From a virus (Duplodnaviria > Heunggongvirae > Uroviricota > Caudoviricetes), in the IMG/VR virus record IMGVR_UViG_3300028840_008153, positions 1 through 35,142 of that record: 35,142 bases of DNA, one strand, 5' to 3'. The position numbers and the translations under genes are program-made. The notes under the pieces are model-generated. The model was not told the DNA's origin. It ran no database searches and saw only the letters and a list, made by a program, of their open reading frames with translations. Shown here piece after piece: positions 27,614 through 35,142 of the stretch (within the stretch, counting starts at the first letter, position 1; the number at the start of each line of letters is the position of its first letter).

Positions 27614-28354
27614 ATGCGAATCGACAAACGGCCCTTCATGAGACAGCTCGCCGACCCGGATGCAATCGGGTCGGTGCTGCTCGTTGGGCTGCTTGACGAG
27701 TATGGCACGGAGATGTTCGGCTGGGAGCCACAAACGCTGGACATGGAAGTGAAGCATGATTGGAGCGTGTCCATCCCGCAGGTCAACAAGGACAAGATCT
27801 GGGCGTTGGTGACCGAGCTGACCACCAACCTCTTCTACACCAGCCTCGACGCGTTCACCCACATCTGTAATGCACTGAACGGCTCCGGGGCCGACTTCCA
27901 GAACTTCGACTTTGCCACCGTACAGGAGATGTGCTGGGCCATCGCCGAAGTGCAGTTGCTGGACCCGCCCGAAGAGGGCGAGATGTTCAACGAAGAGATT
28001 CGTTCCTACATGGCCACGCGCCTGAAGGACGAAGGCTTCGAGCGCGTGCCGAAGATTCTGAAGCCCTATGTCGAAATGCCCGACAACGACGAAACGATCG
28101 ACGGCGTACTGCAGGATGACGGCATCGAAGCTAAGGCTTTTTGGGATCGTCAGATGCGGGAGGTGTTGTCGATCGACCAGTTCGTCCGGGAGCGGCTCCA
28201 CAAGCTGTTCGTGGATCTGGCCTCCCTTCCGCTTGAGAACGCTGATTCCGAAGCAATGAAAGCGACGTTACAGCGCGCCGGTAAAGTTTTGGCAGGACAA
28301 TCGCAACAGACAGCACGGGAAGAGGAATCCGTTCGACCTGCTCCAGTGTTGTGA
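27614..28354 (+). CDS. acidic hypothetical protein
   Basis: 246-aa ORF with GC-rich third codon positions. Confidence 0.75.
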   Translation: MRIDKRPFMRQLADPDAIGSVLLVGLLDEYGTEMFGWEPQTLDMEVKHDWSVSIPQVNKDKIWALVTELTTNLFYTSLDAFTHICNALNGSGADFQNFDFATVQEMCWAIAEVQLLDPPEEGEMFNEEIRSYMATRLKDEGFERVPKILKPYVEMPDNDETIDGVLQDDGIEAKAFWDRQMREVLSIDQFVRERLHKLFVDLASLPLENADSEAMKATLQRAGKVLAGQSQQTAREEESVRPAPVL

Positions 28355-28685
28355 AGTCGAAGATCTTGTGCGGCTCATCCGACACTAGCGCAAACCGATT
28401 ATCCAGAATCTGAAGCGTGATGGCCGGAAGCGACTTGGAAAAGTCCGCCGCCTCGTACAGCCTCCCCAGATCGTAGAACCGCTTGTCGAAGCGCTTGATG
28501 ACTGAGCATGCATGTTCGGTGTGAAACCCCAACTGCTTGAGCATGTCATAGGACACGACAGCCAGCATCTCGCCGTCCGTCAGGGCGCCCTTCTGCGGGC
28601 CGTTCAGAACGGTATTGAGCACGAACCTGATGTCCTTCTCCGTCAGGTCCGTGACCACCGTAAGGGATTCACTGTCGAACATCAT
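28131..28685 (-). CDS. hypothetical protein
   Basis: ATGA-coupled to upstream gene; overlaps the convergent gene by 224 nt. Confidence 0.6.
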   Translation of the reverse strand: MMFDSESLTVVTDLTEKDIRFVLNTVLNGPQKGALTDGEMLAVVSYDMLKQLGFHTEHACSVIKRFDKRFYDLGRLYEAADFSKSLPAITLQILDNRFALVSDEPHKIFDFTTLEQVERIPLPVLSVAIVLPKLYRRAVTSLSLLRNQRSQAEGRPDPRTACGAAPGRTGRSTTPPASDDPKKP

Positions 28686-28993
28686 AGGGCAAGCGTGATC
28701 TTCCAAACCTGTCGGTAGCGGAGATCATCCCGGCGCGTAGCGATGTCCGCCGCGTTGACGGGCGGCTCGCCGGTCTTGCGGTCCACGGCAAAGGGGCCAC
28801 CCTCCTGGGAAATGCCGGCCTTCTCCATCCCGTGTTTGAGACGCTCGTTGTAGGCCAAAGCGCGAGCTGCCGCCGAGGTCACCTCCTCCAGATTGGTCCC
28901 CTCGACAATGACGCGGATCGTGTTCGTGGAAAGCGCGCTGCTCTGGAATTGACTGTCGTCAGGCTTCTCCACTTCGTGGATCTTCAGTCCCAT
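28682..28993 (-). CDS. hypothetical protein
   Basis: MGLKIHEVEK..., GGAG RBS. Confidence 0.7.
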   Translation of the reverse strand: MGLKIHEVEKPDDSQFQSSALSTNTIRVIVEGTNLEEVTSAAARALAYNERLKHGMEKAGISQEGGPFAVDRKTGEPPVNAADIATRRDDLRYRQVWKITLAL

Positions 28994-29004
28994 GGTGTTC
29001 TCCA

Positions 29005-29026
29005 ATTTCGGAACCCGTTCCAAAAT
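29005..29026. promoter_or_regulatory. 22-bp palindromic site, copy 3
   Basis: ATTTCGGAACCCGTTCCAAAAT just upstream of the RBS of 28682-28993. Confidence 0.55.
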
Positions 29027-29083
29027 GCTGCCAAAGTTTCTCGGACCCTATCAGCGGCGATGTTCGATGTCAAGAAAGTCCTG

Positions 29084-29133
29084 ATAGCTAAAAAGAAGGC
29101 AGCCGCCCCGGAGAGGGGCGGGACGGCTGCCTT
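29084..29133 (-). terminator. intrinsic terminator ending TTCTTTTTAGCTAT
   Basis: AAGGCAGCCG/CGGCTGCCTT stem plus U-tract. Confidence 0.7.
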
Positions 29134-29157
29134 GGCCGGCGGGCCTCCACCGCCGGT

Positions 29158-29298
29158 TTAGAAAATCAGCCAGAGCGCGGCCCCGAAAAACCCGAGGCCG
29201 AGCAGGCTCAATGGGGTTGTCTTTTCAAGAAGGACCATGAAACCGTCCCACAGCCCCTTCGCACACGAAAGCAGGAATCCTCCATCTTCTTCGCCCAT
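29158..29298 (-). CDS. 46-aa membrane peptide
   Basis: not in ORF track; MGEEDGGFLLSCAKGLWDGFMVLLEKTTPLSLLGLGFFGAALWLIF; GGAGG RBS. Confidence 0.6.
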   Translation of the reverse strand: MGEEDGGFLLSCAKGLWDGFMVLLEKTTPLSLLGLGFFGAALWLIF

Positions 29299-29354
29299 AT
29301 CGTTCCTCCAGGCCGCCCGCCCGCTTGAGCGGGCGACCGATCCCAGTGGAAAAC

Positions 29355-29870
29355 TCAGGTGCCAAGAGGCAGGGGCGTTGCGCCCGGTCCGGCCTCCTGT
29401 GAAGGAGTGATATCGGTTTTGGCCTCTTCCTGCTTGAGCGCCAGGGTGTAGGCGTTGCGAAACGCCTCGTCCTTGACCCGGAGAAGCTGGCAGATCTGCT
29501 TCACCGCCGTCTCCCGCTCCGGTCCATCGGCACGCTCCTTCGCCACCTCTCCCAGCCGGAAGACCGTTCGGGGATGCAGGCGAATGTGGGCCTTGTTGAA
29601 CGCGCCCCGCCCCACGCCATGAATGTCGGCACCGATCCGACCGGCACGACGAGCAACGGCGACGACGATGTCACCCACCAGGGCGACGGTGTGAATGGCA
29701 ACGGCGGGCACGACATACGACACGCTCGCACCAGCGCCGCAGCCATAGCAAGCGGCCAAATTGAGACCGCCCATCTCCTGCTCGCCGGTCTGCAGGACTC
29801 CGGCGACCTCCGTCTTGAGTTGCTCGTCCACCTTCTGTTCCTGCTTCTGCTCTTGCTTTTGCTCATCCAT
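29355..29870 (-). CDS. hypothetical protein with hydrophobic segment
   Basis: MDEQKQEQKQEQK..., AAGGGGG RBS. Confidence 0.65.
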   Translation of the reverse strand: MDEQKQEQKQEQKVDEQLKTEVAGVLQTGEQEMGGLNLAACYGCGAGASVSYVVPAVAIHTVALVGDIVVAVARRAGRIGADIHGVGRGAFNKAHIRLHPRTVFRLGEVAKERADGPERETAVKQICQLLRVKDEAFRNAYTLALKQEEAKTDITPSQEAGPGATPLPLGT

Positions 29871-29956
29871 CTGAACCCCCTTTCGTGCCGATCCTCGCAC
29901 TCGGGACCGGCAGCCAATGTTTGACTCTCCGGCCCCAAAAAGGCCCTATGCACAGT

Positions 29957-29985
29957 ATTTTAACGCCATCCCGGGCGTGATTTAG
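29957..29985 (-). promoter_or_regulatory. promoter motif CTAAA-N18-TAAAAT
   Basis: ATTTTAACGCCAT...GTGATTTAG, near-identical to the 22536 copy. Confidence 0.7.
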
Positions 29986-30004
29986 GTGGCTGAATTCCAA
30001 GCTG

Positions 30005-30382
30005 TTAGAAGGTATGGCTGACGACGCCTGACGGGCCCGGCACGTGGAAGACCACCTTGTCGGCCTTGAGCAGGGATTTGAACAGCCCCTTCTGGCTCTC
30101 GCTGAGCCCGGCCAGAGCGACCTTGAGGCCGGTCAGCGCCGCCATCCGCTCGTTACGCTGGCCCCTGCTGCCGCAGCCGCCACAAGTGCCCGTGGCTATC
30201 TTGGTGGAGATCCTGAAGAAAGGGAACTTGGAGGTAACGTCGGAGCGCTTCGTCAGCGCAAGCAGCACGCCGTCGGTCAGAACGACCTTGCCCCGTTTCC
30301 GGGGCTTGAGCGGCACGGCCGGACGATCGATCTCACGAGCTACTGGAAGACGACGAAGAGGACGACGAGGGGAAACTGCCAA
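30005..30382 (-). CDS. basic protein with CxxC; start uncertain; paralog of 30778-31134
   Basis: LT......KFPFF...CGGCG pattern. Confidence 0.55.
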   Translation of the reverse strand: MAVSPRRPLRRLPVAREIDRPAVPLKPRKRGKVVLTDGVLLALTKRSDVTSKFPFFRISTKIATGTCGGCGSRGQRNERMAALTGLKVALAGLSESQKGLFKSLLKADKVVFHVPGPSGVVSHTF

Positions 30383-30767
30383 AGGTCACCTCCTCCGCCA
30401 GGGTCAGAGTGTCCATGTTCTCCAAGGTCCTGACCAGCTCGGTGAAGTCGTTCTGGATCTTCTCCCAGGCGTCTTCGAGCAATTTCAGGTTCCTGAAGAT
30501 GATGTCGATCTCGGTCAGGCGATAGAAGTCCTTCCCGCTAACCGGGGCGTCCCGAGGGTACTCCTCGATATCGGCCGGCGAACACACGTGCGAAAATTCG
30601 GCCCCATATTCCGTCCCGCCGCCCGCTGGCGGCATCACCTGGTAGGCAAACAGCGCATCGTCCACGCCGCTGACCTGCGAGACCTTCACACGCATGCGGT
30701 AGCCCTGCGTGCGCCCCTCCACGTAGGAGGTCATTCCATACCGCTGGAGCTTGATTCCGATCGCCAT
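30333..30767 (-). CDS. putative structural protein with C-terminal poly-Ser
   Basis: 144-aa ORF ending in FP plus 11 Ser. Confidence 0.7.
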   Translation of the reverse strand: MAIGIKLQRYGMTSYVEGRTQGYRMRVKVSQVSGVDDALFAYQVMPPAGGGTEYGAEFSHVCSPADIEEYPRDAPVSGKDFYRLTEIDIIFRNLKLLEDAWEKIQNDFTELVRTLENMDTLTLAEEVTFGSFPSSSSSSSSSSS

Positions 30768-30777
30768 GCGGAGCCCC

Positions 30778-31134
30778 CTAGATGTTGAGAACCACGTTCT
30801 GACCGTTCTCAGTATACTGCAGGGTGATGGGAGTGCCAGGTTTAAGGGCGAAGCGCCGCGTGACGTAGAAACGCAGCTTCGGCAACCCGTTGGGGTCCCG
30901 CTTGGACTCGTCCACCACCAGCCGCCCGAATGCGTTGGACAGGGCGTTCATCGCGCGCGTGCGGGCGCCCTTGTGGCAGGCTTTGCAGTGGCGCGGCAGC
31001 TTTCGATGGATGCTCAGCGCCGTGCCCTTCATGGGCGTCAGGAAGGGCACTTCCACGTAAAGAGCCGGGTCCTCGGTCAATCGGCTGACCATGTTGGCGT
31101 CCAGGTTGACGGAGGTCATAGACATCTGATCCAC
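30778..31134 (-). CDS. basic protein with CxxC
   Basis: 118-aa ORF, VPFL...CKACH. Confidence 0.65.
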   Translation of the reverse strand: MDQMSMTSVNLDANMVSRLTEDPALYVEVPFLTPMKGTALSIHRKLPRHCKACHKGARTRAMNALSNAFGRLVVDESKRDPNGLPKLRFYVTRRFALKPGTPITLQYTENGQNVVLNI

Positions 31135-32783
31135 TCCGCAAGATCAACCGTCGTCCCACCATACTGGCGAACGGCCTCCCCCAGCGTAACCGAAAACTGG
31201 TCCGGGGGAACCCTCACATCAGGCCATTTCATGTCGTTGAGCTGGTCCGCGTAGGCTACGAAAAAGCCCCTGCCGGGATGGAATGTCTGCCGTATAGCCC
31301 CGTTACGCGCCTGCGTGTCAAAGGGGCGCTTCTTGAAGAATGGGGCAGTCTGAATCAACTGGATCTGCGCCTCGTTCAGGGGAGACCGGTAGATCGCCCC
31401 GCCCAGCGAGGCGCGGCGCGCTTTCATTTGATCGAGAATGTCCCAGACCCACGCCGGGCCTGCCGGGTGGGCGGGACGGCTCATCCACACGAACCAGTTG
31501 CCCGGCTTGACCAGCTTCAGCGCCCGGTGCGCCATGACGGTCTTACCCGGACGACTGGAAGCCTGAATGCAGACGATGTTGTTCTCATGGGCCCACTGCC
31601 GGAGCTGAGGATGCTCCCCGTTGACGGCCACAATGAAACTGGCCTTCGCGTAGCGAGTGTTCTCCACGATGAACTTCGCATAGGACGGCGCCTTGGCATC
31701 ATCCGGCTCCACGTAGATGACCACGGTTACCGGCTGCTCATCCACTAGGGGCTGCGCGTCGGCCACGTCTGGCATCTTCGGGACCTGCACGGTCATGGGG
31801 GCTCCCAGCTTGCAGATCCCCTGATCGAAATACCACTTCCAGTTCTCGATGACCATCTCGGGCGTGATCAGCTGCAAGCAGCGTGGAAGCTGGACGCCGT
31901 TCTGCCGCACCTGGTTGGTACACAGATCCCCGGCCGTGCCGATACGGCTTTTCCAGCACCCATGATTGTGGCAACATTCGAGCTGGCCGATCGTGTGAAT
32001 GTAGCGGTGCTCGATGAAGTTGTCGTCGGGAGGCGGGTTCCAGTCGGGAAGGCCCAGCCGCATGTTCACCAGCCGGTTTTCCTTGTTGTAGGCTTCCCAC
32101 CACCAAGGCTCCCGTCCGCCACCGATAACCACACAGGGCTTGTTGAAGGCCGCAGCGATGTGCATCAGGCACGTCACGATGCAGATCACCCCTTGGGAGT
32201 GGTAAATCAATTGCAGGAGCTGCCGGAAGGAGGTTTTCTTCACGAGGTCGTAGGCGCCTATCATGGGCGGGTGGATATGCGAGCCGCCGCCCACCTGGAC
32301 CATGGTCACGTCTTTGGAGAGCACATTGACAACCTTCTGCCACCAGCATTTGTCCCACCATTTGGCCGTATAGTCCCGCTTGCCCCCGCTGACAAAGACC
32401 CAATAGGGTTTGTCCGGCGTGATCAGGGGCTCGGTGGCTTCCTTCTGCGACAGATGCAGATCCGGCCGGAAGTCGGTCAGGTAGGCGCCCGTACCCATCG
32501 TGTGGTTCAAGCCCGCCAGCATGCCCCACATGAAGTGGGCCCGATTCTGGTTGGACTTGTGGACGTTGTATTTGCCGACGTGGTATTTGGCCACGACCTG
32601 CCGGCCGGGACTCTTTCGGTTCAGATCGACGTAGGGGTTGTGCTGGAAGACCTGGTTCTCACTGGTGTCCATGGAGAACTGAAAACGGCCGGGGTATTGC
32701 TTGGAAATGTCACGGATCGCTGCCGTCAAGACGATCAGGTCCCCGGGGCTCTGCGTGTTTCGCAGTTTGATCCGTTCTTTCAT
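31116..32783 (-). CDS. GT9-like heptosyltransferase fused to a GT2-like C-terminal domain
   Basis: QSPGDLIVLTAAIRDI, MVQVGG, DLVKKTSFRQLLQLIYHS, LMHIAAAFNKPCVVIGG, Cys-rich CC..HGCW...C...PRCL..ITPEMV. Confidence 0.8.
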   Translation of the reverse strand: MKERIKLRNTQSPGDLIVLTAAIRDISKQYPGRFQFSMDTSENQVFQHNPYVDLNRKSPGRQVVAKYHVGKYNVHKSNQNRAHFMWGMLAGLNHTMGTGAYLTDFRPDLHLSQKEATEPLITPDKPYWVFVSGGKRDYTAKWWDKCWWQKVVNVLSKDVTMVQVGGGSHIHPPMIGAYDLVKKTSFRQLLQLIYHSQGVICIVTCLMHIAAAFNKPCVVIGGGREPWWWEAYNKENRLVNMRLGLPDWNPPPDDNFIEHRYIHTIGQLECCHNHGCWKSRIGTAGDLCTNQVRQNGVQLPRCLQLITPEMVIENWKWYFDQGICKLGAPMTVQVPKMPDVADAQPLVDEQPVTVVIYVEPDDAKAPSYAKFIVENTRYAKASFIVAVNGEHPQLRQWAHENNIVCIQASSRPGKTVMAHRALKLVKPGNWFVWMSRPAHPAGPAWVWDILDQMKARRASLGGAIYRSPLNEAQIQLIQTAPFFKKRPFDTQARNGAIRQTFHPGRGFFVAYADQLNDMKWPDVRVPPDQFSVTLGEAVRQYGGTTVDLAEWIRCL

Positions 32784-33582
32784 TCTTTAAGAACCCTTTC
32801 CATCGCGTTCTGTCCATGATAGCCCTTGCGAGGAATGGCTTCAATTCCTTGACGGAGCGCTCGAACGGAAATTGTTCGCTGGCTGTCTTGCGCACGAGCG
32901 CACTGGGAAGCTGTTCCGCGTAGGGCCGTGCCGCATCACGGCCTTCCGGCGTCTGATACATGACGCCACTTTTGCCGTGCTGAAGCGTTTCAGGGTAGGT
33001 GCCCCACGCGGGCGCGAGCACAGGGATGCCGAACTCCAACGCCTTCCAGTGGGGAAGATCGATGCCGTCCCAGCCCATGATCTCGCAGACCTCAAGCGAC
33101 GGCACCACGGTCTGCTCCTCAATGAACGGGTAGGTCACGAAGTAGTTGTGAGTCCACCCGCACACGTCCTGCCTGCCGCAGGTGTAGGCGCGGCAGTATT
33201 CCGTGCTGTATGACCGCCAGTAGGTAAAAGGATTCTGGTAGTCGATCCAGGCTTCCACGACGGGTGCGGCACCGTCCCAGGCCAGAAAGTCGATGCCTCG
33301 GAAGATATCAGCGTGCCACTCCTCCGTGGCCACGATAACATCACCTTCTCTGGCCTTGTCGAGGTGTCGAAGCGTTCGATCGCAGTAGGAGATCTGCCAC
33401 GGGTCGCCCTGATGCTGGACGAGCACACGCTTGACCATGTGCTCGTCACAGACATCACGCCCTAAAACGGCAACCTCGAAGCCGCAGGCTTCAATCACTC
33501 TGCACAGCTTCTGGAGGCGTTTCTTTCTCGCCTCCATCACCTTCGGCTTTACCTCCGTCAGAATCCACGCTCGGTTCTTCAT
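32710..33582 (-). CDS. degenerate GT4-like glycosyltransferase paralog
   Basis: ALEFGIPVLAPAWGTYPETLQHGKSG aligns with the upstream GT4 but lacks EPFG. Confidence 0.6.
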   Translation of the reverse strand: MKNRAWILTEVKPKVMEARKKRLQKLCRVIEACGFEVAVLGRDVCDEHMVKRVLVQHQGDPWQISYCDRTLRHLDKAREGDVIVATEEWHADIFRGIDFLAWDGAAPVVEAWIDYQNPFTYWRSYSTEYCRAYTCGRQDVCGWTHNYFVTYPFIEEQTVVPSLEVCEIMGWDGIDLPHWKALEFGIPVLAPAWGTYPETLQHGKSGVMYQTPEGRDAARPYAEQLPSALVRKTASEQFPFERSVKELKPFLARAIMDRTRWKGFLKNERTDQTAKHAEPRGPDRLDGSDP

Positions 33583-35140
33583 CCTTGTTGTCCTTGACCA
33601 TCTTGATGATCTTCTCGGCGCTCTTGGCCATGTCCTTGCCGATGTCGTACTTCCGTTCGATGTGCAGAGCGAGGTACTTGTTGGTCACGGTGCCGCCAAA
33701 GCCCCGCAGCGTTCCGGTGTTCCATACGTGGCGGGTCCAATACTCCTCGGGGAAGGCTTCAAGGAACATCTTCTCGGTGAGGTTGTGCGGGTGGCCCGGG
33801 CAAACACCCAGATCGATCCACTCGAACAGGCGCACGCACGCGCCGGGCTTCACCGTGGCCAGCTTGATCTTGGACAGGATCTTCTGGGGATTGTCGACGT
33901 GTTGCAGGCAGTTGTAGATCCAGACTTCATCAAAGACGATCCCGCGCATGCCTTTCATCCGACCGTCGAACATGTCTTCGGCCTTGGAGTTGAACAGCCG
34001 AATGCCGGCGTCCTTGTACTGCTGCTTCACCTTCTTCGACATGGGCAGCGGATCGACGCCGACGGCCTCGTCGAACTTGGCGCGGAGCAGCATTGAAGCG
34101 GGGCCGCACCCAACGTCGAGAATGGCCTTCCCGCTCATGTCCAGATCAGCCGGCAGCTCCATGAGCCGAGCGTAGGTCTTCTGCTTCTTGATCTCTTCGT
34201 CCCAGTGCGGGCCGTGCTCCTTGCCCCACCAGCCGGCCTCCCACTCAATGGCCTCCTCCCAACCCGACTTGATCTCGGGAGCCACGTGCTCGGGAAACTC
34301 GGGCTCCTTCGTCGTCGCGCCTTTCGGGTAGGTCTTGTGAAGCCAGTTCAGGTGCGGGCGCTTGGGGTGTTCGATTGGCCAGCCCACACCTCGCAGGTTC
34401 AGGATCATCTGGAAGAACTCCTCGTACATCGGCGCGATGCGCTCAAGCGAGTAGTTCTTCACAGCCCACTTATGGCAGTCCTCATTGTCGATGTTGTCGA
34501 TGTTGCCGGCAGCCCATACGAACTGCTCCAGCGTGCGGCAGCGGTAGCCCGTCACGCCATGGAGCACCGTCTCCGTGTAGGCGCCCCAATCCGTGGTGAT
34601 CACCGGGCACCCGGTCATCTGAAGCTCCACGTTGACCCCGCCAAACGGCTCCAGATAGCGGGAGGGCACGAACGCGGCCTTGCAGGAGCCCATGATCCCG
34701 ATGCGCTCCTGGACGCCAACCGGGGGTTTGTACTCGACATGGGGGTTGCCAATCAGAAAGCGTTCCGGCCCTCGTTCGTCCGTGGGCCCGACCAGAAGCA
34801 GCCGCGCGCCGATGCGCTTGGTCACGTCGATGGCGATGCCCACGCCCTTGTCGTCGTTGAGGCGACCGATGTAGAGGAAACGGTCACCCCGCTTGTTCTT
34901 CGGGGAGTAGGGGAACATCTCGGGATCGAAGGCGTTGGGGATCACTACGTCGTACCAGCTGTCGCCCTGATGCTTGTTTTCCTTGCCCCAGTGGAAATGG
35001 AGCCACGCGTAGGACTCGAAGACCCTGTACGGGGAGAAGGTGTGATGATAGCCGATTCCGCTCTCGACGGTCAGCTGCGGAACGTTCCTCGTGGCCAGGG
35101 CCTGCGTGCCGCCCCAGGTCGCGCAGATGATGGCGTGGTG
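33491..35140 (-). CDS. GT4 glycosyltransferase fused to a class I SAM methyltransferase (5' end outside window)
   Basis: FLYIGRL..DKG, PSRYLEPFGGVNVE, GCPVITTDWGAYTETV; ILDVGCGP, YNCLQHVDNP; frame open to the window edge. Confidence 0.88.
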   Translation of the reverse strand, partial: HHAIICATWGGTQALATRNVPQLTVESGIGYHHTFSPYRVFESYAWLHFHWGKENKHQGDSWYDVVIPNAFDPEMFPYSPKNKRGDRFLYIGRLNDDKGVGIAIDVTKRIGARLLLVGPTDERGPERFLIGNPHVEYKPPVGVQERIGIMGSCKAAFVPSRYLEPFGGVNVELQMTGCPVITTDWGAYTETVLHGVTGYRCRTLEQFVWAAGNIDNIDNEDCHKWAVKNYSLERIAPMYEEFFQMILNLRGVGWPIEHPKRPHLNWLHKTYPKGATTKEPEFPEHVAPEIKSGWEEAIEWEAGWWGKEHGPHWDEEIKKQKTYARLMELPADLDMSGKAILDVGCGPASMLLRAKFDEAVGVDPLPMSKKVKQQYKDAGIRLFNSKAEDMFDGRMKGMRGIVFDEVWIYNCLQHVDNPQKILSKIKLATVKPGACVRLFEWIDLGVCPGHPHNLTEKMFLEAFPEEYWTRHVWNTGTLRGFGGTVTNKYLALHIERKYDIGKDMAKSAEKIIKMVKDNKDEEPSVDSDGGKAEGDGGEKETPPEAVQSD

Positions 35141-35142
35141 AT

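Noticed and set aside
30972-30990. CKACH as a c-type cytochrome heme motif
   Set aside because: No signal peptide; the paralog has CGGCG without His, so more likely metal-binding

Overview
This window looks like part of a large tailed (Caudoviricetes-like) phage genome. It is GC-rich and densely coding, mostly on the minus strand, and the host is probably Gram-negative. All product calls come from motifs read by eye; no database searches were run. Recognisable genes: a stand-alone GpA-type terminase large subunit (9189-11048), three tandem Gly-X-Thr collagen-like fibre genes (18408-22000), a lipoprotein with a C-terminal TM helix (unimolecular-spanin architecture), a degenerate primase-like protein, and a dispersed glyco-modification set. 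That set comprises a sulfotransferase, an RfaE-II ADP-heptose nucleotidyltransferase, a GT9 heptosyltransferase-like enzyme, a GT4-methyltransferase fusion with a degenerate GT4 paralog, and an LpxH-like phosphoesterase. Non-coding structure includes seven copies of a minus-strand promoter-like motif (CTAAA-N18/19-TAnnAT). Five terminators end in an inverted related motif (ATASSTAA), and together with the promoters they outline small expression cassettes between core genes. There are also three copies of a 22-bp palindrome, two non-canonical tRNA-like RNAs sharing an 11-nt motif, and an AT-rich repeat block. The best candidates for undescribed systems are a heptose/sulfate glycosylation system acting on Thr/Ser-rich virion fibres, the CTAAA-bounded cassettes, and the tRNA-like intergenic RNAs. 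No CRISPR array, rRNA, canonical tRNA or transposase was seen.
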